The notes beneath the pieces were generated by a model, which made no database searches, was not told where the DNA came from, and was given only the letters and a program-made list of their open reading frames with translations. This document shows positions 53,047 through 64,000 of a stretch of DNA of 64,000 nucleotides, one piece after another (positions within the stretch are counted from its first letter, which is position 1; each line of letters starts with the position of its first letter). The stretch lies in NCBI RefSeq assembly GCF_964194155.1, contig NC_135886.1:45508001-45572000 (forward strand). Direction: 5' to 3'. Origin of the DNA: Cetorhinus maximus. Taxonomy: Eukaryota. A program made the translations under genes and the position numbers.

Positions 53047-54419
53047 GTATGAGACACAAAGTCTGTTGTACTTAAAAATGTTTGCTTAAACCCTGTTTAA
53101 GCTGATGAGGTGCAAGTTTCCTTCATCTGCTAGCTATATGAATCCCACATTAAATAAGTTCGGGCAGCCTTAATGCAGTTTCTATTGGACATGGATCCAT
53201 ACCACACTTGCCTATTTAATTTGGCTTAGAATTGGAAATCTGAGTCCAAGGGTGATTGATGTGGAAAATAGCCAGAAGCTGCACATTGGTACAGTTGGGA
53301 CCTGCTTTTCTGACAAAGCTGCGAAGCAATGTTTGCAAAAAGTAGAGAGAGTACCTGCATTTCAGGAACAGAGACTGTTCCAAACTCTAGTAGTGAAATT
53401 ATCCAGTTTGAGTACAATATTTACAAATGCGCTACCTTCCAAACAAATTGACCTAGAAGTGCATTTTATCAAGTTGTAACTTGATGCTCGCTGTCAATTT
53501 GTAGTATGGATCTGTAGTTATTTTATTTCAGTCATGTTTTGGAGTTGAACTTTCCCCTGTTTAGTTACTTGGACTGTGAAGCAGGAGTTCTACATTAACT
53601 GATGCAACTCTCTGATTCTTTTTTATAGAAAAAAATATCAGCGCATGAGTTGTGCTGATAATCTAACACCATTTGCTGTGTGAGCTAAATCTGATCAGCC
53701 AAAGTGTGTAATTGTGAGATTAGGAGACTAGGAGCTGCATTATAGACGGGGTGAAAGAGACCTCTATTTTATTGTAACCTGTTTGTTAGGAGACGCTGCT
53801 TATACTTTGTCCTGGAGCTATTTTCACACATCATACGTTCTCAAAATTATTTTAAAATATACAATGCATGGTGCAATTTTGGTATATCAGCTATTTTACA
53901 TGAATGTGTGCAGATGAATACTTGGACTTTATTTGGAAACCTAGCAAATCTTTAATGTTCTGATGGATTGCAAGTGTATACAAAATTTCAAATTGAAATA
54001 GAAGAAATTGAAGAAAAGAAGGAAAATAATTAAGGGAAAAAGGACCCCTGAGGGCTGTGGAAATATCGTATGAGTGTAATGGGGAAGTTATAGATTGGAA
54101 GGGATTGTGACTCATCTAGCTATATGCACTCCATTCAAATATATATAGGTAAGCAATCCTTGGTCTGATTGTTTAATAAAAACCTTGCAGGTGAAACTGT
54201 AGGTTTAACTGAGGCTGACATAACTTAGTCATAACAGAATTGGTTATAATTTCCTAAGGTGTAACCGTGTAAAGGTTGCATGTGGAACAGAGGGCGTAGC
54301 TGACTGTGGAACCTTTTAGTTAGTATGGTTTCCTTTCCAGATTAGAAACTTACATTCTCATTCTACAGCCCACAAAGTAGGGTGGATCCCCTTTTTAAAA
54401 ACCTGTGTGTGAATTAAGG

Positions 54420-56970
54420 TCAGGCAGCGTCTGTGGAGAGAGGAATAGAGTTAACGTTTATGACCTTTCATCAGAATTAGCAAAAATTAGATTAGTAGGT
54501 TTTAAGTACGTACAGAGGCAGGGAAAGGGGCGGAGAACAAAAAGGAATGTCTCTGATAGGGTGGAAGACATGAGGGTTTAAATTATATGGGGTGATGAAA
54601 CGGGATGAAAGAATATGCCAATGAGATAGTAAAAAAACGAGATGGGTATAGAGGTGGTGTGCGTTCAACAGATCATCCTCTGCCATTTCTGCTACCTCCA
54701 CTGTGATGCCATCACCAAACACACCTTCCGCTCTCCTTTCAGTATTATGACTCTGGAACAGTTCCTACAGATTGGAGGGTAGCTAATGTAACCCCACTAT
54801 TTAAAAAGGGAGGCAGAGAGAAAACAGGGAATTATAGACCAGTCAGCCTGACGACAGTAGTGGGGAAAATTCTAGAGTCCATTATACAAGGTTTAATAGC
54901 TGAGCACTTGGAAAACAGTGGTAGAATCAGACGGAGTCAGCATGGATTTATGAAAAGGAAATCATGCTTGACAAATCTACTGGAATTTTTCGAGGATGTA
55001 ACTAGTAGAGTTGATGAGAGGGAGCCAGTAGATGTGGTTTATTTGGACTTTCAGAAGGCATTCAACAAAGTCCCACATAAGAGATTAGAATGTAAAATTA
55101 AAGTGCATGGGATTGGTGGTAGTGAATTGAGATGGATAGAAAACTGGTTGGCAGATAGGAAACAGAGTAGGAATAAACAGGTGGTCTTCTGAATGGCAGG
55201 CAGTGACTAGTGGGGTACGCAGGGATTGGCGCTGGGACCCCAGCTATTCACAGTATATATTAATGATTTAGATGAGGGAACTAAATGTAATATCTCCAAA
55301 TTTGCAGATGACACCAAGCTGGGTGGGAGGGTGAGCTGTGAAGAGGATGCAGAGATGCTTCAGTGTGATTTGGACAAGCTGAGTGAGTGGGCAAATGCAT
55401 GGCAGATGCAGTATAATGTGGATAAACATGAGGTTATCCACTTTGGTAGCAAAAACAGGAAGGCAGATTATTATCTGAATGGCTATAAATTGAGAGAGGG
55501 GAATGTGCAACGAGGCCTGGGTGTCTTCATACACCAGTCACTGAAGGTAAGCATGCAGGTACAGCAGGCGGTAAAGAAGGCAAATGGTGTGTTGGCCTTC
55601 ATGGCCAGAGGATTCGAGTACAGGAGCTGGGATGTCTTCCTGCAATTATACAGGGCCTTGGTGAGACCACACCTAGAAAATTGTGTGCAGTTTTGGCCTC
55701 CTTATATGAGGAAGGATGGTCTTGCTATAGAGGGAGTGCAGCGAAGGTTTACCAGAAAGATTCCTGGGATGGCGGGACTGACATCTGAGGAGAAATGAGT
55801 CGGTTAGGATTATATTCGCTGGAATTCAGAAGAATGAGGGGGGATCTCATAGAAACCTATAAAATTCTAACAGGACTAGACAAGTTAGATGCAGGAAGGA
55901 TGTTCCCAATGGTGGGGGAGTCCAGAACCAGGGGTCACAGTCTGGGGATACGAGGTAGACCGTTTTAGGACTGAGATGAGGAGAAATTTCTTCACCCAGA
56001 GAGTGGTGAGCCTGTGTAATTCGCTACCACAGAAAGTAGTTGAGGCCAAAGCATTGTATGTTTTCAAGAAGGAGTTAGATATAGCTCTTGGGGCGAAAGG
56101 GATCAAAGGGTATGGGGAGAAAGCGGGAGCAGGCAATTGAGCTGGATGATCAGCCATGATCATGATGAATGGCGGAGCAGGCTCGAAGGGTCTACTCCTG
56201 CTATTTCCTATGTTTCTATGGGACTGTTCCTCCCTTTTGCAGCAAACCAGTCCACTCTTCTATCATGCTGGTTACCCCTGCCCCTTTCCATGCAAGTGTA
56301 GGAGATTCTACATCTGTTCTTTTACCACCTCCTTCCTGACTTTCCTGGGCCCCAAACTGTCCTTCCAGGTGAAACGGCGGTTTACTTGCACTTCTTTCAA
56401 TTTTGTCAACAGCATATACAGTATACTATGTGGTCTGCTCTACACTGGGAAGACCATGTACAAAGATGGAACACTTCTTCAGTCTTCTGGGTGTGACCAC
56501 CAACTTCCAGTTGCCCCATGCTATCTTCTCTTTCTTCAGCCTCTTGCACTGTTCTTCAAGCTCCTGTTGAGCTGCATTGGAACAGCACCTCATTTTTAAC
56601 TAGGCACTTTACACCTTCTGGACTTAACACCGACTGAGTTCAGCAATCGCAGATCATAGCCCTGCCTTTTTTCTGATGGCAGCAGTTGATGATTTCTCTG
56701 TCCCATTTATGCCTCCTCTAGATCCATCTTGAGTTTCTTTACTCATCTACTTTTGCTATGCATCATCATCCCTTTTGTCAGTTAATCTCTCCTGCCTTCC
56801 ACCCTAACACAGACCTCTTTATTTTCCCCTCTCCCCACTCTCTCTGCCTCCGTACTTGCTTTTTCAGATAAAAGTTCATCAACCTCACATTAACTATTTG
56901 ATAATGATTGCTACCTGCCTTACTGAATACTAGAGGCATTTTCCAGGTATTTCAGATTCCCAACATCTTG
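54420..56970 (+). mobile_element. Penelope-like retroelement remnant: inverted 5' pLTR (~54420-54655), GIY-YIG endonuclease region and 3' pLTR, split by a CR1
   Basis: ORF 56156-56599 contains FPCKCRRFYIC...GPKLSFQVKRRFTCTSFNFVNSI...CGLLYTGKT, a decayed PLE Cys-rich linker plus GIY-YIG (VY..YIG). Its termini resemble the short inserts at 3529, 7129 and 35581. Confidence 0.8.
54747..56220 (+). mobile_element. CR1 LINE family B, relatively well-preserved 5'-truncated copy
   Basis: Long ORFs SQHGFMKRKSCLTNLLEFFEDVT, KFADDTKLGG, VRPHLENCVQFW; tail 'cctatgtttctatg'. Confidence 0.95.
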
Positions 56971-57319
56971 TGTGTCTTAAAAGCATCGGGGAGAATTTGG
57001 AAAATATCCTTTTTTGTTCTGAATTACTTACACCAAATAGCACTAGTGAAAACGTGAAACCTTACGAGCTGTATAGGGAGCATGTTTTTTGTAGAATGTC
57101 CCTCGAGTCTTTGAAGAAAAGACTGAGAGGTGCACATTGCCTGTTGTATAGATAGTGGTAATTGTTACACTGATTATAGAGATAATCCTTGTGCTTTTTC
57201 AACTGAACAATCTACTTGTATTTTATTCTCTTAGATTTTAAAAATCCTAAGAAAGCCTCCCACTTTTTATCGTATTGCTACACATATAATTCGATCGTTG
57301 AATTCTGTAATTTCTTTAG

Positions 57320-57539
57320 GCCAACACCCTGGCTTCTACCTCCACAGCTGCAACTCTTTCACTGTCCAGTGCTGATGTATCTCTGCTCAATTATCAACCT
57401 GCACTCTACCAGCCTACAGCAGCACCTGTTGCAGGCGTCGCACAAGCAAGCATGCCTCTGCAGGCTGGAACAACACAGCTGTGTGCCCAGGCTGATCCCT
57501 TCCAACAAGCCCTCATTGTGTGCCCACCAGCATTTCAAG
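57320..57539 (+). CDS. HIPK1: HIPK1 coding exon (exon 8 equivalent)
   Basis: tttctttag|GCC...CAAG|gtaagt; 220 bp, phase 0-1. [73 protein letters not shown](G). Confidence 0.94.
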
Positions 57540-58868
57540 GTAAGTGACTCCTCTGCCCCTCATAACTGTCTTGTAGAAATGACAAGAGCCTTGTGCAACT
57601 TGAATGTCCTTTTTGAAATCTGAATGCCTTACAAAACCCTTTTGTGCTTAGACTGCCAAGCTCATACCGTAACATCAGCTTAATGGTTTTGCATGTGTAT
57701 ATAGACTGTTCTATGCTTAGATTCACATTTCCTTTTGTTGGTCCAGCTTTATAGGAAGCCTTATATTTAGCCTGGTTTGGGAATTGTTCAGCCATGTGAT
57801 CAGAAGTGGACTGTATTTCTACAGGGGTTTAATTGATACCTGTTGTGCTTGTCAGCTGCTTTTCAAGCTGGGTTGCATGATGTAATATAGCAACAAATTT
57901 GGATTTTCTAATCTGACTAGAAAATATTTTATTCTATCAATTGACTATAATTGACAAATTTTGTTCATTACTGGCACCTTACTACTTGGAATTTTGTTTT
58001 GACTGGTTCAGCTAGTTGTCTAATCTTTTGAGTGGCATTCATGGAGGTAGTGTGTTTTATGAACCTCTGGGGGAGTGCAAAACTTGAGGAATGTTGTAAT
58101 GTAGAAAAGGTATTAAAGGGGCGAGGGAAAGAATTGATGGAAGATTCTGAGAGCTGCAAAGGAACACCAAGAACAGTTAGGAGTGTTCAAGGTAGAGAAA
58201 AACTAGTAATTGTAGGATAAATTGATTCTATCTGTGGGTTGAAATTATTTAAGTGAGCTAGAAGCATAATAGTATGGGTGGGGTTTGGTTTCATGTGGCA
58301 TTATCTGAATCCCCATATTTAAATTCTCTTTTTCTGTTATTGTTTGGGTAGCTCAAGCAGAGAATTAAGAACTATAGGGCCTGATTTTAAGTCTTCAAGT
58401 AGGTATGTTTTGAACAGGTTAAAATTGGGCCCATAATGTTTTAGTTTATAAACTTCTGACTAAAATGGTGAGTCCTACAACCTTGATAATTTTTTTTTTT
58501 ACCCCTTTCTCCGCCATCCAAACAAAGTGTCTCTGGTCAGGAGAATTGGCACTAAACTATTCTTGAGCTTTAGTATTGACGTTTTAACTGGTCGTTTGAT
58601 AATGTATAAGAATGGTCCATGGGGACTGAACTTGCATCTTTCATTTAGCTGAAGCCAGGGATTGCTATGTACATGGAAAATCAAAGTAGAATGGCAGTTC
58701 GACATCCACACGAGGCTAAACTGCTTATAACCTTTTGTGAAATATATCTGCTTACACTTTTTAAAAAAAAAAATTTACAACCTTTTTAAGGTTCTTTTTT
58801 GCATTTAATTTTCCACATGCCAGCTTTTGAAATTACCCAGAAATATATGGTGTGTTTTTTATTGACAG

Positions 58869-58987
58869 GGCTGCAAGCATCTGCAAAACATTCTGGCTTT
58901 TCTGTTAGAGTGGAGAACGCAGTGCCTGTTGTACCACAAGCACCAGCTGCACAGTCAATTCAGATTCAGCCTGGTGTTCTTGCTCAG
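58869..58987 (+). CDS. HIPK1: HIPK1 coding exon (exon 9 equivalent)
   Basis: ttattgacag|GG...CAG|gtaagt; 119 bp, phase 1-0. (G)[39 protein letters not shown]. Confidence 0.94.
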
Positions 58988-59069
58988 GTAAGTGGCTGAC
59001 TAGTCTGTTTTAAGTTAAGCTTTGTTTCCTACAGTTTCTTGTGCTTCCACTCCTGAAATATATATAACT

Positions 59070-59420
59070 CCACCCGCCCCCCAAATCTAGCCCCTGAAGA
59101 ATTTTGTAAGTTTCAATGAGGCCACTCATTCTTTGAAACTCAAGGAAGTACAGACCCAGTCATCTCAGACTCTCCTCGTAAGACAATCCCGTCAACCTAG
59201 GGATTAATAGGTGAACCTCTGTTGCACCCCTTCTATTGCAAGTATATCCACCCTCAGAGAAGGGGACCAAAACTCTGCGCAATACTCCAGGTGAGGTCTC
59301 ACCAAAACTCTATATAACTGCAGCAAGTTATCTTTACTGCTGTATTCAAATCCCTTTATGATGAAGGCCAACATGCCATTTGCCTTCCTACTTGCTTGCT
59401 GCACCTGCATGCTAGCTTTT
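59070..59420 (-). mobile_element. CR1 LINE family B fragment
   Basis: Minus ORF KANGMLAFIIKGFEY...VRPHLEYCAEFWSP. Confidence 0.88.
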
Positions 59421-60571
59421 ATTTCATTTATTTCACTATTTGTCTACCAACCAAAGGACATGGAGACCAATAACTGCAGATTGAACCATTTCAAAACTGC
59501 AATTTTCTTTGTAAAAATTGCCTGTGTGATAGCTGCATTAATGAGGATTAGGGCTGTTTAAGACATTGATTTACATTTCAGCGAACTGCCTTTTACTAAA
59601 GATAGCTGAGAATGTGAAATATATTAGGCTTAGATAACTGTAGCGATCTTGAGTTTTTTTTTTCTCTTGTTGATTACTCTTCTCCCCAAAACATTGACTT
59701 TTTACTGGGGTATTTCCCCAATGCAGTACTTTGTCCAAATAGCTTTTCTTAGTGGTTCAGCTTTGATATTTAATGCCAGTAAGCTAATCAGCCACTAGAG
59801 CTGCCATAGTCGGCCCCAATTCTGTTCAGCAGGAGAACAATGTGAGCCGTGGTATGTTTTCAAGAGCTACAGTGGTCTGTAGTGGCACCCTACCATTGCC
59901 CTTCTGAAATAATTTAACTCAGCCCTTAACAGAGATTGATTCTAGAACCATATGGTTTGCATCATGGCACTCCCTGGTTAGATTTGCTGAGCCATTGAGG
60001 GATTGCAAATGTCAACTGCATTTCTCATATTATGGTGTGCACATTTGCACAAATTAATGTTATCCTGTTAAAAAGGGAATGCTTAGATAATCCTTAAACC
60101 CCACACATTACAGAACTAATTTGATTAATGTGAAGATTGTGGCAGTCACATAAACCTTTCTAGCAACCTTAAAATTGTTGATTTTGGTGAAACAAATCAG
60201 ATCATTGCAATGCCAGCTGCAATTTTGATTTTATGTTGTTGGGTGTTTACACCAATAGGTGAAACATAAGTTGAAATTGCTCCAAAACTTAACTCATGAG
60301 CTTACTTTGATACATTAAGTGAAAAACTGCAGATCAAAGCATCTTAGCTATAAAGCCAAGGAGAAATCGGCAACAATAATTGAAGCAAAGGCAAAACTTA
60401 ATTTTAAAGATTCTTTGGATGTGAATAACTACTTATGTAAATAAAATGTTTAATTTTGGAAAAGTAGTTTGAAAATTTCAAAAATAACTATCATAAAACA
60501 TACAAATACTTCCCTCTTATATAGTGTCACATCATGCTAAAACATTTCAGAGCACTTCATGCAGTGAGCAA

Positions 60572-61112
60572 ATGAAAAGGGCACTCGAGCGCATACCTCC
60601 AACATAGCATGTTAACTCAACATTATTACAATTATACAGTTCTTCTTTGAGGTTTTCCCTGCCTACTAGTGCTCTGTAACTACAAAACTGAAAAAAAATA
60701 TTTTTATTAAGAGCTTCTATCTCACAGAGGAGGCTTCAGGCCAGTCCACGTCCAACAACTTGTTCTGAAAACTGCTCACCTTTTGACTGCCCTGACAAAT
60801 TGCACCACAGTGGCTGAGATAATCCACGACGTTATAAAACAATTAACAACATTCTAAATCAAACAACCCACTATGTTCTAAAAGTAAAGTCAACTTGCCC
60901 AACTCTCTGTTAACAAATAGATCCTTTTTTAAAAACAATTCCAGGACCCGGATCTGCATCTTCACCAAAAATTAATCAGTTCTTCCTTGGGCCATACTCT
61001 ATCCGTGCGCCAAGTTTCGTTGAAGTCTGTCCACTAGTTTTTGAGAGATATTGTTTACAGATTACTGAGGCGAAAACATTACCTCCACCCACCTTCAGTG
61101 GCAGAGGTAATT
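60572..61112 (-). mobile_element. Probable non-autonomous Helentron-associated element (HINE/DINE-1-like)
   Basis: Terminal hairpin ATTACCTCCACC..GGCAGAGGTAAT (61078-61111); matching subterminal TACCTCC (60594-60600) next to the palindrome GCACTCGAGCGC (60581-60592); core 'ccaagtttcgttgaagtctgtccactagtttttgagag'. Interrupts a SINE tail. Confidence 0.65.
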
Positions 61113-62521
61113 ACTTTAGAGAACAATAATTGCTGTTTTTATGTCCAAAATTTTCATTCTAAAGCACTGTAAAAACATTTTGCTAAATAATCTGTTTTCA
61201 CAAGGGTCTAATGTCTACCTGTTCACGTGACTTGAAGGCAGTTTTAAGTCAGTAGATGTAGGTGAAGTAAACAATCAGTTGGTAGGATAGTTTTATTGAA
61301 TTTCTCCACATAAAGCCAACAATGAGGGCTTTTTACATCAAGTTTAGCTGTTGTTGACAGAGTTGCTTTACTTAAATCACTGTATAAGCAGCTAGTCTTC
61401 CAAGCCAGTAGCCTTGACTTGCAACTGTATCTATAATTATCAAAGCATAAAGCTGTGCTATTGTGTTGTATTGGGGTTTAGGGTCAGGATGCTCAAATTC
61501 ACAGGTGCTTACCTGTGCTGTTGATTTTGGCTTTTTGTATATGATGGAGATATTGTTTCGGTGGAAACATGCTGTGGAAATTCTGCAAAATAAAAAGTCA
61601 CCATACATTTTTGAATCTATATGCAGCCTCTATTTAAACAGCAATGCAATCTTTGACTCTGTGTACACAATTCTGCAAATTTGAGCTCAATTAGTGCAGT
61701 GATTCACTGATCCAGAACAGGGACCCATATAATGAAACCTGATGATGACGGTTTTCCCACAAATGTTTGTCATAGATAAGGGAATGTCTTGCTAGCTACT
61801 TATTCTCTTTCTTTTCCCTCTAGGATTGTGGAAATGTGGAATAAATAACAACTTTTTTTTCCAGTGTTGGAAAGTGTAATTTTGAAAATGATAGTGAACT
61901 CTTCGTAGCTTTGAAAGCCTTATTGTTAAAGGATAAACTTTTCAGTCCAAAATTTTGAGATCTGGTTGGTAGGGGGAGGAAAATATAAAACTTTTTTAAA
62001 AAAAGGCAGAAAAAAGCATCTTTCTATTTGTAGTAATGTGAATATAACCATTGCTTAAAAGCCATTGCTTTTTAAAGCTATGATGGGGATCATTATTTCT
62101 TTTATTTGCAGTTGGCAGTGTCTCTTTTTGTATGCCTGACTAGGATGTGCATCAACTCCACTTAAAAATCAAATCTAATATTGATGCTGGTTGCAGGTAT
62201 TTGTATTTGTTCCTAATATAATTGGAGGGGTTAGCTTTTCAATACATTTTATCGCTTCAGTGGGGTAGGTGGCTGTGCTTCACTCCTGGGCCAACCCCAC
62301 CATTTTGGAGCCCGGACTTGAACCTGACCAAAAATAGATGTTTCAACAGTCCCAAGTAAAGCAAATATGAGTAATCAGAACTTTATTCCTGGTTCACTTG
62401 ACATGCACAGTACTGCCTTCCGAAAGACCATGATCTTCATACTATTCTGAGCATCAAAAAGGGACACTGCAGATTTGAGAACTAATGTACCATATAACTG
62501 ACTCCCAACCCCCCATTACAG

Positions 62522-62656
62522 GGCAGCTGCACACCGCTGATGGTGGCCACTCTACATCCTCACGTTGCCACTGTTGCTCCGCAGTATGCGGTCCCTTTTG
62601 CCCTGAACTGCGCAGCCGGCCGGCCTGCGCTGGTCGATCAGACGACCACAGTACTG
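62522..62656 (+). CDS. HIPK1: HIPK1 coding exon (exon 10 equivalent; symmetric 135-bp, probably a cassette exon)
   Basis: ccattacag|GGC...CTG|gtaaat; 45 codons, phase 0-0. [45 protein letters not shown] matches the HIPK1-type segment [13 protein letters not shown], which supports HIPK1 over HIPK2/3. Confidence 0.92.
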
Positions 62657-63289
62657 GTAAATGCTCCCACTTGGTGTGATTCTGTGCACTAACAGATGCT
62701 CCTCTGAGGCTGCTGCAGAGGAACGGAAGCATGTATCATTGTGTACCTTCTTATATATTTTCCACGTCATTGGACGTCTCCTCTTTCTTACTCTTTTGAA
62801 CAATCTGGATGGTGAAACAAGTTATACTTGAGACCAAAATACTCAATATTTCTAAAAGGCTCGAATTCTAGTGACATAGTTAAGAACAAATGGAGTGAAA
62901 AATAACCTTCACTGCCATTTGACTACTTGCATGTTATTCATGGTTCATCAGCCAGATAAATGTAAAACAGTTTTAAGGACTGATATGATGGAATATAAGT
63001 ACAGTTGTGCCTAACTGTATTTAACACAAGGAGGTCATATGAAAGTATAGTGACTGCCATATCTTTTCACCTACTTCACATCAGACTGAGTTAATCTATG
63101 TTCAGGAATAAGGTTGCAGAGAGTGGAGGGAATGATTCTGTCTACAGAATAATATTATAGATCTTATTGATGATGCTTTATATAAATCATTTCATGGGGA
63201 AATTAGTGCCATTCTATGGATTCTGCCAGATGGAGCCAAGGTGGAGCAATTTTAACAGTGGATTAGGAGCTATTGACATCTCTTGTCTT

Positions 63290-63475
63290 CTCCCCATCTT
63301 CACAATGTTTAAAATCTCTGGGGAACCTCAATGAGCACATAAGAGAAAGGTATTGATGGATATGCTGACAGTTTTAGATGAAGAGGGGTAGGAGGAGACA
63401 AATGTTGACCATAAATGTCATTACAGACCAGTTGGGTGGAATGTTCTGTCTCTGTGCTGTAAATTCTATGTGATT
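63290..63475 (+). mobile_element. CR1/HE1-type 3' tail fragment
   Basis: 'gaccagttgggtggaatgttctgtctctgtgctgtaaattctatg' is a CR1-type terminus. Confidence 0.55.
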
Positions 63476-64000
63476 AAGGCCCCCACCCCACACCACTGCC
63501 CTTGTTTGAGTTTTTCTACTCCATATGATCATTGTTACTGTAACAGACTCTCAGCATGCGAGAAGCCTTTGTAGGTGTTACCCTAACCAGCTACTAAGAG
63601 ACTTGAGAGTATCAATAGAACTATCACTTCCATTTATATATACTTATAAAATTGAATGTTGGGATAAATAGCTAAAACAATAGAGTACAAACCTTTAGAG
63701 ATTAAGTTTTATAATGCATTGGTCAGGATTCTTTTGGGTGCTATGTATAGTTTAGTTATCCTGTTATGTCTGCATTCAAAATGATGAAGAGATGTGCGAA
63801 GAGGGTGAGTTATGAATATACTAGATAAAGTGGCAATCAAAATGTAGTTAGTTGCTAAACTGGATGAGTGCACCATAATTCCTACTTGCATTCATGTAGC
63901 AGTAGTAAAATACCTTGATGACTTACAGAAGTGAAAACTTAAGGGACGCTAGTTCTGGAGCTTAAGGTGAGCTGGAGTTTATGTAGGTGAATCTCAGAAG

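Noticed and set aside
54860-56140. Possible active or domesticated reverse transcriptase gene
   Set aside because: 5'-truncated, with frameshifts and stops splitting it into three ORFs, and it ends in a CR1 tail; an ordinary dead copy.

Overview
This is vertebrate genomic DNA, most likely from a cartilaginous fish (inferred from the retroelement families), and contains no prokaryotic features. The whole window lies inside one + strand gene, HIPK1 (homeodomain-interacting protein kinase 1). Eight coding exons (33780-62656, equivalent to human exons 3-10) splice in frame with canonical GT-AG sites and encode the C-terminal kinase lobe and the region after it. Positions 1-33779 are the 3' part of the large intron 2, and the gene continues past the window end. 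The introns hold decayed CR1-type LINEs (two families), L2 LINEs, an RTE LINE, Deu-domain SINEs, Penelope-like elements (PLEs), a probable Helentron-associated element, and a 27-bp CT-rich tandem repeat broken by assembly gaps. The most interesting observations are PLE termini with hammerhead-ribozyme-like cores (one in a 38-bp foldback with a 14-bp target-site duplication, TSD), a two-ended DINE/HINE-like element, a four-level nested insertion, two coding peculiarities in HIPK1, and candidate splicing-regulatory or enhancer elements. I see no firm evidence of a wholly new biological system. Exon boundaries were read base by base; repeat boundaries are approximate and family names come from motif recognition, not database searches.
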